In this document: piece after piece, positions 1 to 13,269 of the stretch
Layout of the letters: each line of letters starts with the position of its first letter
Numbering within the stretch: position 1 is the first letter of the stretch
Assembly (NCBI GenBank): GCA_043228905.1
Contig: JBHGNT010000001.1
Coordinates: 14,508,001 to 14,572,000 of the forward strand
Length of the DNA: 64,000 nucleotides
Direction: 5' to 3'
Source: Azolla caroliniana
Taxonomy: Eukaryota; Plantae; Polypodiophyta
Notes under the pieces: model-generated
Databases searched by the model: none
Told to the model about the DNA's origin: nothing
The model's input: only the letters and a program-made list of their open reading frames with translations
Program-made: the position numbers and the translations under genes

Positions 1-589
1 TGGACCTCCGAGTTATGCTAAAGGGGGCCGACGCTATGAGAATCACCGGCCGGCAAACAAACGTAGCGGCTTCAATGGCTATCGTGGGAAGCCGCGGCAA
101 TATCGAGATCACTGGCATTACGACGAAAGCTCGGGAGATGAGCGACACCAAGAACCACGCCGGGACCAACAACAACCACCGCGTGCGTTTCGACAAACAA
201 GGCCAGACCATGAGGAGCAAGTCGCACTAGGGGATCGGCACACACCACCAGGAGCCGAGAAGGGCGAATCAAGCATCCATTGTTTTATTTGTCAGCAGCC
301 CGGACATTATGTCACGCAATGCTCAGCACGCAAGGGCAAGGGGCCAGCCGTCAATACGATTACGACGGAAGTGCAGCAAGTCACGACACGCCAGCAAACA
401 AAAACGGTTGATTGGGCCGCGCAAGATGAGATACGACGACAAGCCCAGGCATGGGTGGAAAAAGCAAACGCGACCAATACAGAGCGCATGCAGAAGGAGT
501 CCGCGAATACAAGGGAGCGAGCGGAGGACGAAGGACCGGTCCCGGACCCCATTTGGTAGGCATTAGCGGGCTGCAAGATAACGTTAACC

Positions 590-3500
590 ATGGAGAAGTT
601 GTTGCAACTAGTCCCACGTTTTCGCCAGACCATGGAAGAACGGGTGACGGGCATACCCGGGGTGAGCATCGCTACAAACCTTACAGACGTTAGCGACGGA
701 CCACATGTAGTAGATCACCACAACCCGGCTATTATATTAATATTACACAGACAGGAAATTCCTAGATGCGTAATCAATGGCGGCTCAGGTGTCAATGTAA
801 TTAGCGTGAAAACTTGCGAGCAATTAGGCATTTCAGAATGGGAGGCTTGCCCATTCTGGCTCTGAATGGCAGATACCCGCTCAGTACGGCCATTGGGGTT
901 AATTCGCAAGATAGGCATTATCGTGGGCGGACACCGTTTCGACATCTCGGTGGTCGTCCTCGCCTTGGACGCCCCAGGGGCGTACCCAGTGCTTCTGGGT
1001 AGACCATGGCTTCGGGCAAAAAATATCAAGCAGGGCTGGCAACACAAGTGTATCAGTTTCCGACACGGACGAGCTAAGGTTCGCGTACCTACGGAAGGAA
1101 GCACGCCACAACCCAAGGGTATAACACCATTATACACAGAAGATATAAATATGTTGGCTGGGGTGGAGGATGCAGAATTAGAGGCATACTTGGATGAGCA
1201 CCCTCGGATCATTCCGCTGTTCGAAATCGACGTCATCGCAACTGCGGCAGAATATGCCACGGCCACTATTCTCCACGACGAGGCTTACGAACCAAACCTA
1301 GAGTCCATATTGGAACTCAGCAGAGCACGGGCGGCATTCGAAAGGGAAATGGAAATTTCACAACGAGTCACCGCCTCTGCCTTGGAAGAAGTAAATGTGG
1401 GAACGGAGTCAGAACCCCGTTTCCTCTCCATCACAAAGGAATTAAGGCCGGACCAGAGAAACACGATGATCGCACTACTCAAGAAATATAAAGATGTGTT
1501 CGCTTGGGCTCACGAGGACATGAAGGGGTTAGATCCCAAGTTCTATCAACATAAGATCAATTTAGCAACCGACGCAAAACCCGTCCAGCAGCGCCGCTAC
1601 CGCATGAACCCGAATTATGCGACCCGCGTAAAAGAAGAAATTGACAAACTCCTAAAGGCGGGGTTCATACGGCCAGTTAAACAAGCCACATGGTTAAGTC
1701 CGATAGCGGTCATTCCAAAGAAAAACGGCAAAATACGGGTATGCGTGGATTACCGAAAATTAAACACCGTAACCATTACGGACGCATTCCCTTTACCATT
1801 CACCGATAGCGTACTAGACGCCGTCGCAGGACATGAGATGTACAGTTTTTTAGATGGCTTCAGTGGGTATAACTAGGTACGCATGCATCCCGAGGACCAA
1901 GAGAAGACGACATTTGTCACGGACTGGGGAGTCTATGTGGTAGTCGTCATGATGTTCGGGCTAAAGACGACGCTGGCAACATTTCAACGGACAATTACGG
2001 AGATCTTTGGGGAATACATTCCGGCATTCATGCAAGTTTTTTTAGACGACTTTGTGGTATATGGGAGAACAATAGACCATTTTACGCACCTGCAACTGTG
2101 CCTGGAACGTTGCCGCACCGCACGCTTAAGCCTGAATCCCACGAAATGTGCTTTCGGCGTGACCAACGGGACTCTCCTAGGCCATATAGTCAACAAGGAG
2201 GGAATAGCGGTCGATCTGAACAAGATCTCCACGATTACGCAAGCCAAAACTCCGACAAACATGAATTCACTCGGCCGGTTTTTAGGACAAATACGGTGGC
2301 ATAGTCGGATGATACGATATTTGGCGGACTTCGCCACGCCGTTACATGATGTTGTGCATCGGACTCCCTTCCAATGAACCGCAACGGAGGACAAGGCCTA
2401 TGAGGCACTTAAGATTATGCTCACATAGGCCCTCGTCGTACAACCACCAGTTTGGGCGAAGCCATTCCACGTGTTCGTCGACGCCTCAGACATAGCAATA
2501 GGAAGTGCGCTAATGCAGCTCACCGAACCAAACTAGTACCGGCCAGTGTACTATGCTAATCGCAAATTATCAACGGCAAAGCGTAACTATTCCACAACGG
2601 AGCGGGAGGCGCTAGGGATGATATATAGCATCAATAAATTCCGGCATTATTTACTAGGGAGGAAATTCACGTTCCACGTGGATCATTCGGCGCTGTTGTA
2701 TTTGGTGGAGAAACAAGCCCTGACGGAGAAATTGGCACGATGGATGCGGTTGCTTCAAGAATTCGATTTTGTAATTCAACACCGACCAGGGACGCAACAC
2801 GCAGTGGCAGATTTTTTGAGCAGACTCGAGAATGGAGAAACAGTACAGAAGGATGACGACGATTTTCCGGACGTCGACATCTTGCGGGTAGCAGCACTGG
2901 CAGAAAGAACGGAATCGACCTTTCCGGACCAGAGGCTTATGGAAATGACATACTTTTTTACTACGGGATTGCCCCCACCACAATTACGCACGGAATTGTA
3001 TATCACAAAGGAAGTGACGGCATTTGGGACGTGGGTACGTGAGGATGAGAAAGAAGCAGTTTTACGGGAGGCGCACTGCGGCACGGCATGCGGCCATTAC
3101 GCTGGCGATGTTACAGCCCGGAAAATATGGCAGGCGGGCCTATGGTGGCCAACAACGCAGAAGGACGCATCCGAGTATTGTAGAAAGTGTGATTTGTGTC
3201 AACGGATGGGCCAGCCCATGGAGGGCGCAAGGATACCGCTAGACCCCTTCTAAAAGTGGGGATTGGATTTTGTGGGCCCCTTCACACTGGCGGCAGCCCA
3301 TACGGGCAATAAATACATATTGGTAGCCACGGATTATTGCACCAAGTGGGTAGAAGCAAAAGCACTACGAGAAAATACGGCGGCCGTCCTAGCGAGATTC
3401 CTTTACGAGCACATCTAGTGCCGGTTCGGCTGTCCGATTGAGCTCATCAGTGAACAGGAGAGTCACTTTCTCAATACGGTGGTTCGGGAACTAACACATC

Positions 3501-4171
3501 ATTACGCCGTAGTCCACAAGAAGAGTATGCCATATAATCCACAAGCGAATGGGTTAGCAGAATCCACCAACAAGACGTTGCAGACCATCTTGAAGAAATT
3601 TGTCAATGAAAATAGAACGGAGTGGGATACCAAATTACAGAGTGCGTTATGGGCGTACAGAACTAGCTACAAAACAAGCATACAATCAACACCGTTTCGA
3701 CTAGCGTTTGGGCTGGAGGTTGTGATGCCGGTAGAATTTCAAGTACCCAGTTTGCGGATTCAGGTACGGGACCGACTATCGGAAGCCAAGTCGGAGGAGG
3801 TACGGCTCCACCAGCTACTTGAACTCGGGGAAAAACGCATACACAGCATGGCTGTGTTGGAGCAGGAATAGCGATGGCATAAAGCGTTTGTGGATCGCCA
3901 TCGGAACGCAAGGGAAAAGGAGTTCGCCGTCGGACGAGCGGTGCTGGTTTTCCAAACCCGCATGGGCCATATGCCAGGGAAGTTACAATTCCGCTGGACC
4001 GGCCCGTACTGGATAACTGAAGCGGAACAAGGCACGTTCCACCTAGGTACGTTGGCCGGGGAAGTAGTACGGCAAAAGGTGAATGGGTTTTGCCTTAAAC
4101 CTTATCTGAGCCCTATGCCACCTAACCCATTCACCGCCGGACGGGACAGAGCCGGAGAACCCGCGGCATAA
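590..4171 (+). pseudogene. Element A pol: protease, RT, RNase H, integrase; disrupted by stops and frameshifts
   Basis: VINGGSGVNVI (PR); RVCVDYRKLN, FLDGFSGYN, VFLDD (RT); FVDAS...NYSTTEREAL (RNaseH); AHCG...GHY...CDLCQ, PQANGLAE, RWTGPY (INT). No chromodomain. Confidence 0.92.
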
Positions 4172-4326
4172 ATGGACGGCCCACTTGTACCATAATGTAA
4201 AAATAGGTTGTATGTAACCGTTACGGAAGAAAAGAAGAAGAAGAAGAAGAAGAGAGAAGATAGCGACACTATTAAAAGGACTAAATGCATGCATAGACTC
4301 CTAGATCAAGAACACGCGGCACCACG

Positions 4327-7166
4327 ATGGCTCACCGCCCAATGAACCCTAAGCCACAAAAAGAAGGAAATAGAAGATCTTCTGCACAAAACAGAAACCC
4401 ACCTTCTAACTATCAGCGCTCCCCCTCACCTTCTCCTCCATCCTATCACAGAGCTCCAACCCATCGCAACCACCAGTCTCCTCCCCACGAACCTACTCTA
4501 GCGATGCCGATCTTCATCTCTACTGCCTTACGCCGATGGCTCATGGAGAAACGCTTGGATGGGTACATCCGGGTCGCAGAGGCACCCCCACACCCGGATG
4601 CCATGGACATCGCCAGAAAGCTTAACATCGACACGGTCACCAATTCTTCCATCCGGAAAAAGTTGGACCTGTCATCGTTGGGCGAAAGGCATTTTGAAAT
4701 TCCTCCTGCCGAGGCGCTGCAGAGATATTTTGGGCCATATTCCTCTTCTGCCAAGGCCTATAGAACAAAGCAGATCCCGGATCCCTTCTTCTGGGAAGTT
4801 GCCAAGTTCCTGTTAGAAGTCGGTTGCATACATGTCAACGCATATGGGATGCGCAAGCAGAAGGCGGGTATCATTATCGATACCTTTGAAGGGCGTGCGG
4901 TCGATTGGGGGGTCATCACAGGGCCAACGTTAAGGGAAGGCCTGCATGCGTATTAGGCAGGCAAAAAGCTCAGGTCGATCATACAACAGTACCTTGCGGT
5001 ACTATTCCCACCCCGAGGCCTGCCGGCACCGCAGCCCAGCCGACCCACGCCGCTGCCCCGATCTGCGAAGCGTAGGTCAGCGGAGTTAGCTGCCCCAGAG
5101 TGGGAAGAGGAACCCCAACCCGCCTAGATAGACACGCAGACAACACCTCCCGCCCAGCCACACACACGGACAACGCAGGAGGAACAACCGGCATACTCCG
5201 CGGAAGCAACCCCAGACCGAAACAGTGTAGATTGGACAGGAAAGATGGGCTAGGATTAGTCAAAGACGTCCCCACGGCGGCAGAGATAACAACCGAAGGT
5301 GATGGCTCCGCAGCTACGGAGCCCAATACCACCTTCGAAATCATCCGAGAGCCACGATCGATCATTACGACCCAGTCCCAATGAGGGAAAGCCATATTAA
5401 TGGCGGAAAGCGAGGTTTTGGCATATCCAGATATCCTGGACACGGCCCATGAGTTCAGTGCACTCTTACAGTTCGGAACCTCTTTTGAGCTCATGGAATT
5501 CCTGGCAACGCAACAGATAAAGGCCTCACAACGAATGGTCGATGATCGAGCGCGCCCTAACACAAACGGCAGAGAGCGACGATGAGGACTGGCTAGCCAG
5601 GGTCGGCAAACAGAGGAACGCCAGTGTACGTCGAGTGGGGATGGAGCTACCCCCATTAAACACGGCCCTAGTCGAAGTCCATAGGGAACTGGCAAAGGTC
5701 AGCACGGGCGCTAAGGAGATGGCCATTAAAAATAAGAATGACTGGAAGAAGGTGAAAATGACCCAAGCTAAGCTGCAAAGAGCCAATGAACGCATCGCGG
5801 AGTTGGAATTTAACGCGACTACGGCACAACAGGCAACTCCGCCACCAAGCCACGCCATCGACGCTTTGAAGGAAGAAATTGAGGCTCAGACCGCCATCGC
5901 CTCAAAAGTGAAAAGTTGAACTACAGAGAAAAGGAGATTCGGGCTAACGGCCGGAAGGCAGTAAAAACCCTTGAAGAGAAACTCGCTACGGAGGTAGCAT
6001 AGCACATCTGGACAAAAGACGAAAACGCCCAATTACGGGATGAAGCGAAGAAATCGGAGGCGGCAATTGCGGGACTCCGAGCCTTATTGGAGAAAAAGAA
6101 GGTATGGTTCGACGAGCAGCTGGTGGTCGAACAAGAAAGAAGGCATCAGCTCGAAATCCGCCTAAACAATGAAATGGGGAAATTAGAAGAACAACATGCA
6201 AAGGAATCCCAGCTGTGGGCGGGCCTGAAGACCACGTACGAAGAAGCGGCGGTGGTTACGCAGCAAGAAATGGCAAACCTCAAGAAGTCGGTGGAGGACG
6301 CACGCAACCGTTGCCAGGCCATCACCGACAATGTGCGTATCCTTCTACAAACAAATCAGGAGAGGTTCACAGCGTAATTGAAAGCGGCGATGGACAAAGG
6401 ATGGATGGCGTGGGCAACCCAAGCAGCGGAATTGCACGCGTATCGTGCGGACTGGGAGAACCGGCGAAAAGACAGTCGAGGCTTCTATAAACTAAATGAG
6501 GAGAGCATTGCGGCCACACGGGAGGACCTAGCACAAGACTATCGTGCGCTAGCGGACCAACATTATGAAGAACTCGCACAGCTCTTAGATGATTTTGGTG
6601 AAAGCCAGGAGGAGCTATTTCACCAGATCACACAAACCGGCAACACGCGAACAAATGAGGAATCCAACGCAACACCAACACCAATTCCGAGCACGGCCGA
6701 AGAAGAGGAACCTCAGGCCAGATCACCAGAATGTACAACAACGGTGAACAGCGTGGACCGACGAGCGGAGTCCCCCACAGTACCTGACAACGAAACCGTT
6801 GCCCAAGAGGAGCCCCATCCGCAGGAGCCCACGCTATCAGCGGAACAAACGGAGAACGTTACGGGCCAGGCGGAATCGCAACCCCACTCCCCGGAGCCTA
6901 CAACGACGGCCGACACCACGGAGGAAGTGACGATTGAGACAGAGCCGCGACCGACCGCAAGCACGACGACAGCGGAGCCCAACTCACTAGCTCAAGAAGA
7001 GCCCATCGTACCCGGACCACCCACACAGGACGACCGCGACATCGAGAGAAGCCATTCTGACCAAACGGGGGAACCACACCACAATGCACCTACGGGCTCT
7101 ACGTCGCCTCCGGACACGGACACCGTAGCAGAGCCAAACATCCAAGCCATTTTGGAAGAAGATTAA
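4327..7166 (+). pseudogene. Element A additional ORF downstream of pol: conserved N-terminal domain, coiled-coil region, Pro/Thr/Glu-rich tail; fragmented
   Basis: ORFs 4327-4956, 5400-5585, 5542-5919, 6087-6377, 6378-7166. Motifs YFGPYSSSAKAYRT and FEGRAVDW are shared with C and D. Confidence 0.8.
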
Positions 7167-7170
7167 CGGG

Positions 7171-7211
7171 ATGGGTCCGACGTGCCAAGGCACTGTCCCA
7201 CAGGCGTGCCA
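7171..7211 (+). other. tRNA-Arg-3'-like stem-loop at the PPT position of element A
   Basis: ATGGGTCCGACGTGCCAAGGCACTGTCCCACAGGCGTGCCA, then 2 nt, then LTR start TGTTG. Confidence 0.75.
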
Positions 7212-7213
7212 AG

Positions 7214-7651
7214 TGTTGTCCGTCGGAATAGTAACCGACGAACAAGAGCGTAGGAATAAGAAATAATATTAGATCATAATGCATGTAACAGTTCACGCAG
7301 GAAGCGTGAACGGCTAAATAGACCCTGCGTATATAAAGGGTAGAAAACCTCTGATAGAGGGGGAGTGTATTTTGAAATGTAAAGAAGCGTATCGTAATAG
7401 AATTCTATCTTCTCTGAAAATCTGTGCATAGTGACGGCTAATCTATTGTGTATCTGGAACACCTGAGAGTGTAAGAACGTGAGTGTAACCACCGCTAAGG
7501 AGTCGGTTGTAGCCATCTCCCTTATACACTGCTAGGTTACAGGGAACATTCCCCTACGTATTACGCATAGACGCCACCATTCGTTGTTTCACAATCACTT
7601 GTAGGTCTAGGTCGAAGGACTGACCACAAACCGTGTTCCTAATCGGTAACA
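7214..7651 (+). repeat. 3' LTR of element A (~438 bp)
   Basis: Starts TGTTGTCC like the D LTR; ends CGGTAACA like D (CGGTTAACA) and E (CCGATAACA). TATATAAA at ~7330. Confidence 0.75.
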
Positions 7652-7756
7652 AAGTGATTCAGAAGGACACCCTGTGTTAGTGGCTAGTCCGGCCCAGGAG
7701 TAACACAATTTTGGCAACTGCGATTTCTGTAGAACGTAGTGAACATCGGGGAATGT

Positions 7757-9057
7757 ATGACTAGACCGACAAACGACCCAATCACCAAACGAGCAAGAAG
7801 ACTAGCCGAGAGACTACGGAGGCGGGAGGCCTACCAGCAGGCGACCGAGGAGATCAGACAAGACCAGTCTTTTCCCAGAACGATTCGGCGGGTCGCGAAG
7901 GAGTCATCCGGTTGTAGAACCAACAATATACGGACGAAGGTAGTAGCCTGAGCAGTTTATGGCAGGTAGAATCGATATTGCAAACCCTTGTCACAGGTGT
8001 CGGAGAATCGGAAGCCTTCTCCAACTTTGAGTTGGAATCGAACAACGAGCACAGTGTGCACTCGAATTATCAAAGCAGTCACGACACCCCGGACAATTCG
8101 GAGGAAGACGGATCGGTGCACACACCGACACCGGAAGTAGAAACAACATTACCCACACCTCCAGGCCACGAGACAAACCAAGACCAACAATCGGAGAAAA
8201 CGGCCGAGCGCGTATAAACACCACCACCGGACTAGCAATCCAAGAAAGAAGAGGATCAGACACCGACACCACCCCCAGTGCTACCCTTCGACGACAATAC
8301 CATGTCATACTCGTACCCAAAGTATCGGGACGAATCGGACGCAGAGGCGCACGTATATGCTTTCCTACAGACATGGGAAGCGAACCATGTCTTGCAATGG
8401 TTGATAGAAGTAGAGGTCGAACGTTCAAAGATCGCGAAATTTGGAATGACATTAGAGGGACTAGCAACAAGGTGGCACAAAAAGCACCTTTCAGGGAGCT
8501 TCGCCACATTCGAAGCCTTGCGGGATAAATTCCTGCGATAGTTCCATCAACAAGTGGAGCAAAGAGAGCTAGTCGGTCAATTCTATACGGTCTATCAGGA
8601 GCCTAATGAGACAATCCTGCAATTCATTATCCATTTCCAGACACTGCACATGGAGCTGACAAGGGCACCTCCGGAAGACGAGGCAAAAGCGGTCTTTCTG
8701 GCCGCACTCTGGGAGCCGCTATGAACGATGTTGTCAGTATTCGACTTCCAGACCACCACCATTCATGAAGTTGTCAACTGGGTGCTAGAAATGGATAGGG
8801 CCCAGAATAGCAATCACATGGCAATGGGAGCTCTACAATGACTACTACCCAGAGAAGAGGACTTACGGTTTCGACAGGCAGTCCAATGTACAACGTGCCT
8901 CAACCCTAGTCACTCTACATTAGAATGCACGATGCGGACACAGTGCATGTTGTGCCACTCCTGGTCCGACACCATGGACCGGTGTGAGTACAACATATTC
9001 AATCGGCAAGCGGCACCAGTCTGGCATATTAAGCCCCGGAGCGAGCAGCAACCGAAC
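7757..9057 (+). pseudogene. Element C gag, 5' part (capsid-like region plus two zinc knuckles); continues at 13590
   Basis: YPKYRDESDAEAHVYAFLQTWEANH...KIAKFGMTLEG; QCTTCLNPSHSTLEC-TMRTQ-CMLCHS. Homologous to D and E gag. Confidence 0.8.
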
Positions 9058-9363
9058 TGTCGAATACGAGTGTATAATGGCCGTATTCACACTGTCCCTT
9101 TGGACAGCCCAAGTTTCGGCTATTTCTGTAAATAGCATAAAGGGCAATTGCCCTAGGACAGTCACTATATAAAGTGACTTTGTAACCTTTAGAAAAGGTC
9201 GGTTGTCATTCTTTGTAACTGTTGCTATTGGAATATAATGTTTTGTTTGTGCCTATCTCTCTCTCTCTCTCTTTGTGTGTCTATCTTGCTTATGCGCATA
9301 CACAGGTTCTTCTTCAAACAGAATGTTGCTTGCAGTTCCGCATTGAGGGCCCTGTCCCCAACA
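9058..9363 (+). repeat. 5' LTR of Copia B
   Basis: Direct repeat of 13270-13589, followed by a PBS. Confidence 0.95.
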
Positions 9364-10077
9364 TTTGGTATCAGAGTGTTGGAGGTTCTTCAACCGGCTG
9401 TCGGCCGTCATTGTACACCACACAACATTCCGTTTTCATTTTCTTTGAATAACAAAGAAGGGAGAAGAAAAACAAAAAGCTCGCATCTCACTGTGTTAAA
9501 TCACAAATTAGAGTAAGCCAGTCGATTGTACTCTGTTCCTGTGATTGTAACCGCTTGAGGGGAGCTCCTTGAGCAACAACCGACCCAATCGTGCTTCATT
9601 CGGTTAAACAACATCCGAATAGGTCACCGGACGCTATTCACCCACTTGCTGTAACCACCCGCTGTAGATTCGTCTCCAGGCAACAACCAAATTCGTGCTT
9701 CACTCGGTTGATCGACATTCGGGAGGATCAGTTGGATCCGTCCCTCTCATCGTTGCAATCATCCGAAGCAGAATCGACCCAAACAATCGATTTCTTGTAA
9801 TCGGTATTAGGCATACAATCGGAAGCTAACCGGGCTCACCCCGACTCGGCAACATTCGGGAAGACCAGTCGGTTCTATCCCTCAAGTTATCATAGTCACT
9901 CCGAGCAAGTTCAACAACAAGTATCCCAAACCAAAACGACTTGGAAAGTTCAAAACCGACTAGAACGATATTGGGTGAGCCGACCGGCTACACCCCACTA
10001 AGGTTCGTAGTCAACTCCAAACCAAGTCTTACCAACCGAAACCGAAGCAGATGGCATGAACATCCGGCTCATCGGAG

Positions 10078-13074
10078 ATGAGTCTAAGGAGGTTCGATGG
10101 TTCGAACTTCAACTTCTGGAAGGAACAAATGCAGGACTATCTCATAGTCAAGGGTCAGATAGACCCGATTGAGAATGAAAATCCTCTAAAAGCATACAAG
10201 GCAAACGAGTGGCTAAAGCTTGACAAAATTGTCTGCGCCACGATTCAGATGCACTTGTCAGAGTCAGTGTACTTCGTAGTGCAATCATGCACGACAACTT
10301 TTGAACTTTGGAAAACATTGTCGGAAACGTATGAAAAGAAGATCACGGCAACGAAGATGTATCTAATCCGACGCCTCTACAACTTGCGGATGAAAGAATC
10401 CGGTTTGGTTCAAGCACACCTCAACGAGTACGAAAGCATAAGCTCCCAAATCTCGTCTCAGGGGATGGCAATCAAGGATGAACTCAGAGCAATGATACTC
10501 ATGAGTAGTCTCCCCTCTTCATGGGAAACTTTCGTTACAACCGTGTGCAATGCTTCAACAATTGCCATTAAGTACTCCAAAGTCACGAGCGTAATCCTGA
10601 CTAAAGCAGCTCGGAGAAATTCTTTCGCCAAAGACTCGGCAGATGAAGCTTATGTAGTACAAGGTTCGACCGACCGATCGAACAACCGGGGAAGAAGTTA
10701 TTCTCGACCACCGAACAATCAGCAAAACCGGAGCAAGTCCCGGGACAACCGAATCTGCAACTACTGCAAGAAACCGGGACACATCAAAACCGATTGTCGG
10801 GCACTAACAACAAAAACCGACAAAGCTCAGAGAGCGGATCAGAAGAGTAGCAGGCATGAGGAGGTCAACTACGTCAGCTCTTCAGCCGAAATTTTGACGA
10901 CCGACACGAATATATTGTCCATAGAGAACCTAGTCGAATCAGAAGTTTTGCTTACGACTGAGGAATCGAGCACATGCCTCCTGGACTCAGGCACATCGTA
11001 TCATGTGACACCTCACTGATCTCAGTTTTGGCAATACTTGGACCTGCACTCTGACTCAGTTCAAGTCGGAAACTCGCAGCACTGTGCTATAATCGGAATC
11101 AGCACCGTAGAGCTCAACCTTCCGGGTGGCTCTACACTCGTACTACACAATGTCCGACATGTTCCAGAGCTCTCAAGACCCTTGATCTCAGTCAGACAGC
11201 TTGACGAAGCCAGCATCCGTGTCGGATTCTCATCAGGAGGGTGGACACTCCACAAAGGGAACCTCCTGCTTGCTTGAGGACCAAAGGTACATTCCTTGTA
11301 CCCTTTATATGTCACACTCAAAGAGGGTGACTTATTTTTGGTTGATATCCCCCTGTCATCGTTATGGCACGGACGACTTAGACACCTCAGCAAGGTTGGC
11401 ATAACGCACCTATCCAGAGACAGTTACATCCCCAAACTCTCCTAATCGAATCACCAATTCTGCGAGCATTGCCAGTACGGCAAACAGGTAGCCACATCAC
11501 ACCCGACATCAGCACCAAGAGAATCGAGTCCCCTCGATTTGGTCCACTCGAACGTCTGTGGCCCGATGCCACATCAGTCTCTCGGCGGTGCTTCGTACTT
11601 CGTCAGTTTTATTGATGACTTGACTCGGAAGGTGTGGGCTTACCCCATTAGAACCAAAAATCAGGTGTTCTCGATCTTCTCCGAATGGCTTGCAATGGTC
11701 GAAAATTAGACCGGTCAGAAACTAAAATGTCTCCGAACCGACAACGTAGGAGAATTCAAGTTTGAAGAATTCGTCAAATTTTTCCGGGAACGCAGCATTC
11801 GATGTGAATATACGGCACCCTATAGTCCAGAGCAGAATGGAATTGTTGAATGCATGAATCGGACAATTCCAGAACGCATAGTATCCATACTCCAACACTT
11901 CGGACTCTCGAATGACTTTTGGGCGGAGGCTCTACTTACAACAGTACACATAATAAATATGTCGCCAAGTAGACCTCTATGACTTCAAATACCTCAGGAA
12001 ATAGGGACCGGTAGTAAGCCGAATTATGACAAGCTGAGGATCTTCGGTTGCGAGGCATATGCCCTCATACCGAAAGACGATCACCGGAAACTCGAGCCAA
12101 GATCAAGGAAATGCGTTTTCCTTGGGTATGGACCCGACGGCGAGATCGGTGAGTTTTCCATGAAGTTTGCCATGACGGACCTCGGTCCGGCAAGACACAT
12201 ACTTGGTATGAAGATTAGTCGACATCGTGATAAACGACAACTTTTCTTGTCTCAAAATGACTACATCAAACGTGTCTTGGAATGCTTCAACATGCACTCG
12301 GCCAAGTTTGCTTCGACCCCGCTCCCCACTAACCTTCGACTGTCTTAGCGAGACTGCCCGACATCCGATCCGGAGGGGGAAGATATGAAGTCGGTACCGT
12401 ATGCACCGGTAGTCGGCTCCCTTATGTACGCAATGGTCGCAACACAGCCTGATATTTCTCACGTCGTAGGAGTCGTCAACAGATTCATGCACAACCCAGG
12501 CCAATCACACTGGAACGCAGTCAAGCATGTGTTCAGATATCTAGCTGGCACAAAAGACCACGACATTCTTTTTGGCCCAAACTCAACCTTAGGCATAGTC
12601 GGTTACACCGACTCGGACTTCGCCAGCTGCGTGGACAGTCGGAAATCAACAACCGGATATTGTTTCAAATTCGGCAATGGAGCAATCTCGTGGAAGTCGA
12701 AACTTCAGGAGTGCACATCCACTTCAACAACCAAAGCGGAATATGTAGTTGCGTCCGACATGGCAAAAGAAGCTTTATGGCTCGGTCAGCTAGCGCACAT
12801 GTTTCGACAAGTCGACCTCGACTTGGCTCCAGTTGTCTACAACGACAGTCAGGGTGTTGTTGCTTTGTCAAAGAATCCAGTTCACCACAACGCCTCCAAG
12901 CATATCGACGTTCGATATCACTTCGTTCGGGACTACGTCATTTCAGGGAAAATCGGTCTCGAGAAAATATCCACAACCAATAATATCGCAGATGGAATGA
13001 CCAAGTGTCTTTCGGCGGATCGTTTCCGGTCCCTTCGGCACCAGATGGGCATCACGAAAAATCGGTCCGGTTAA
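10078..13074 (+). pseudogene. Copia B gag-pol (gag, CCHC, PR, INT, RT C-terminal part, RNase H); stops and a large RT deletion
   Basis: FDGSNFNFWK; CNYCKKPGHIKTDC; LDSGTSYH; SRKCVFLGY joined almost directly to FAMTDLG; GYTDSDFA; SKHIDVRYHFVRD. Confidence 0.92.
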
Positions 13075-13269
13075 AGTCGGACACACATCACAGGATGGTT
13101 TCGGACCACCGACATCAGTTCTTTGAGGATCGGCTTCAGCTCTTCCGACCCGACCGGTTCGGTCTTCTGTCTTCGGATCTTGCCGACTCTAACAAAACCA
13201 ATCTGTTCGACAGCCTTGTACATACCTGTAACTTTAGTATAACCCATGTATACACCCATTACGGGGGAG

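Larger units (their letters stand above)
1..7651 (+). mobile_element. Ty3/Gypsy LTR retrotransposon A (non-chromovirus, Athila/OTA-like); 5' part lies upstream of the window; nested in the 5' LTR of element C
   Basis: Domain order gag tail (CFICQQPGHYVTQC) - PR - RT - RNaseH - INT - extra ORF - 3' LTR (7214-7651). Right flank AAGTG resumes the LTR of element C. Confidence 0.9.

Noticed and set aside
7171-7211. Hammerhead ribozyme
   Set aside because: No CUGANGA/GAAA core.
7214-7705. Single LTR shared by two tandem elements
   Set aside because: An internal CGGTAACA end and a 54-bp match to C's LTR fit nested insertion better.
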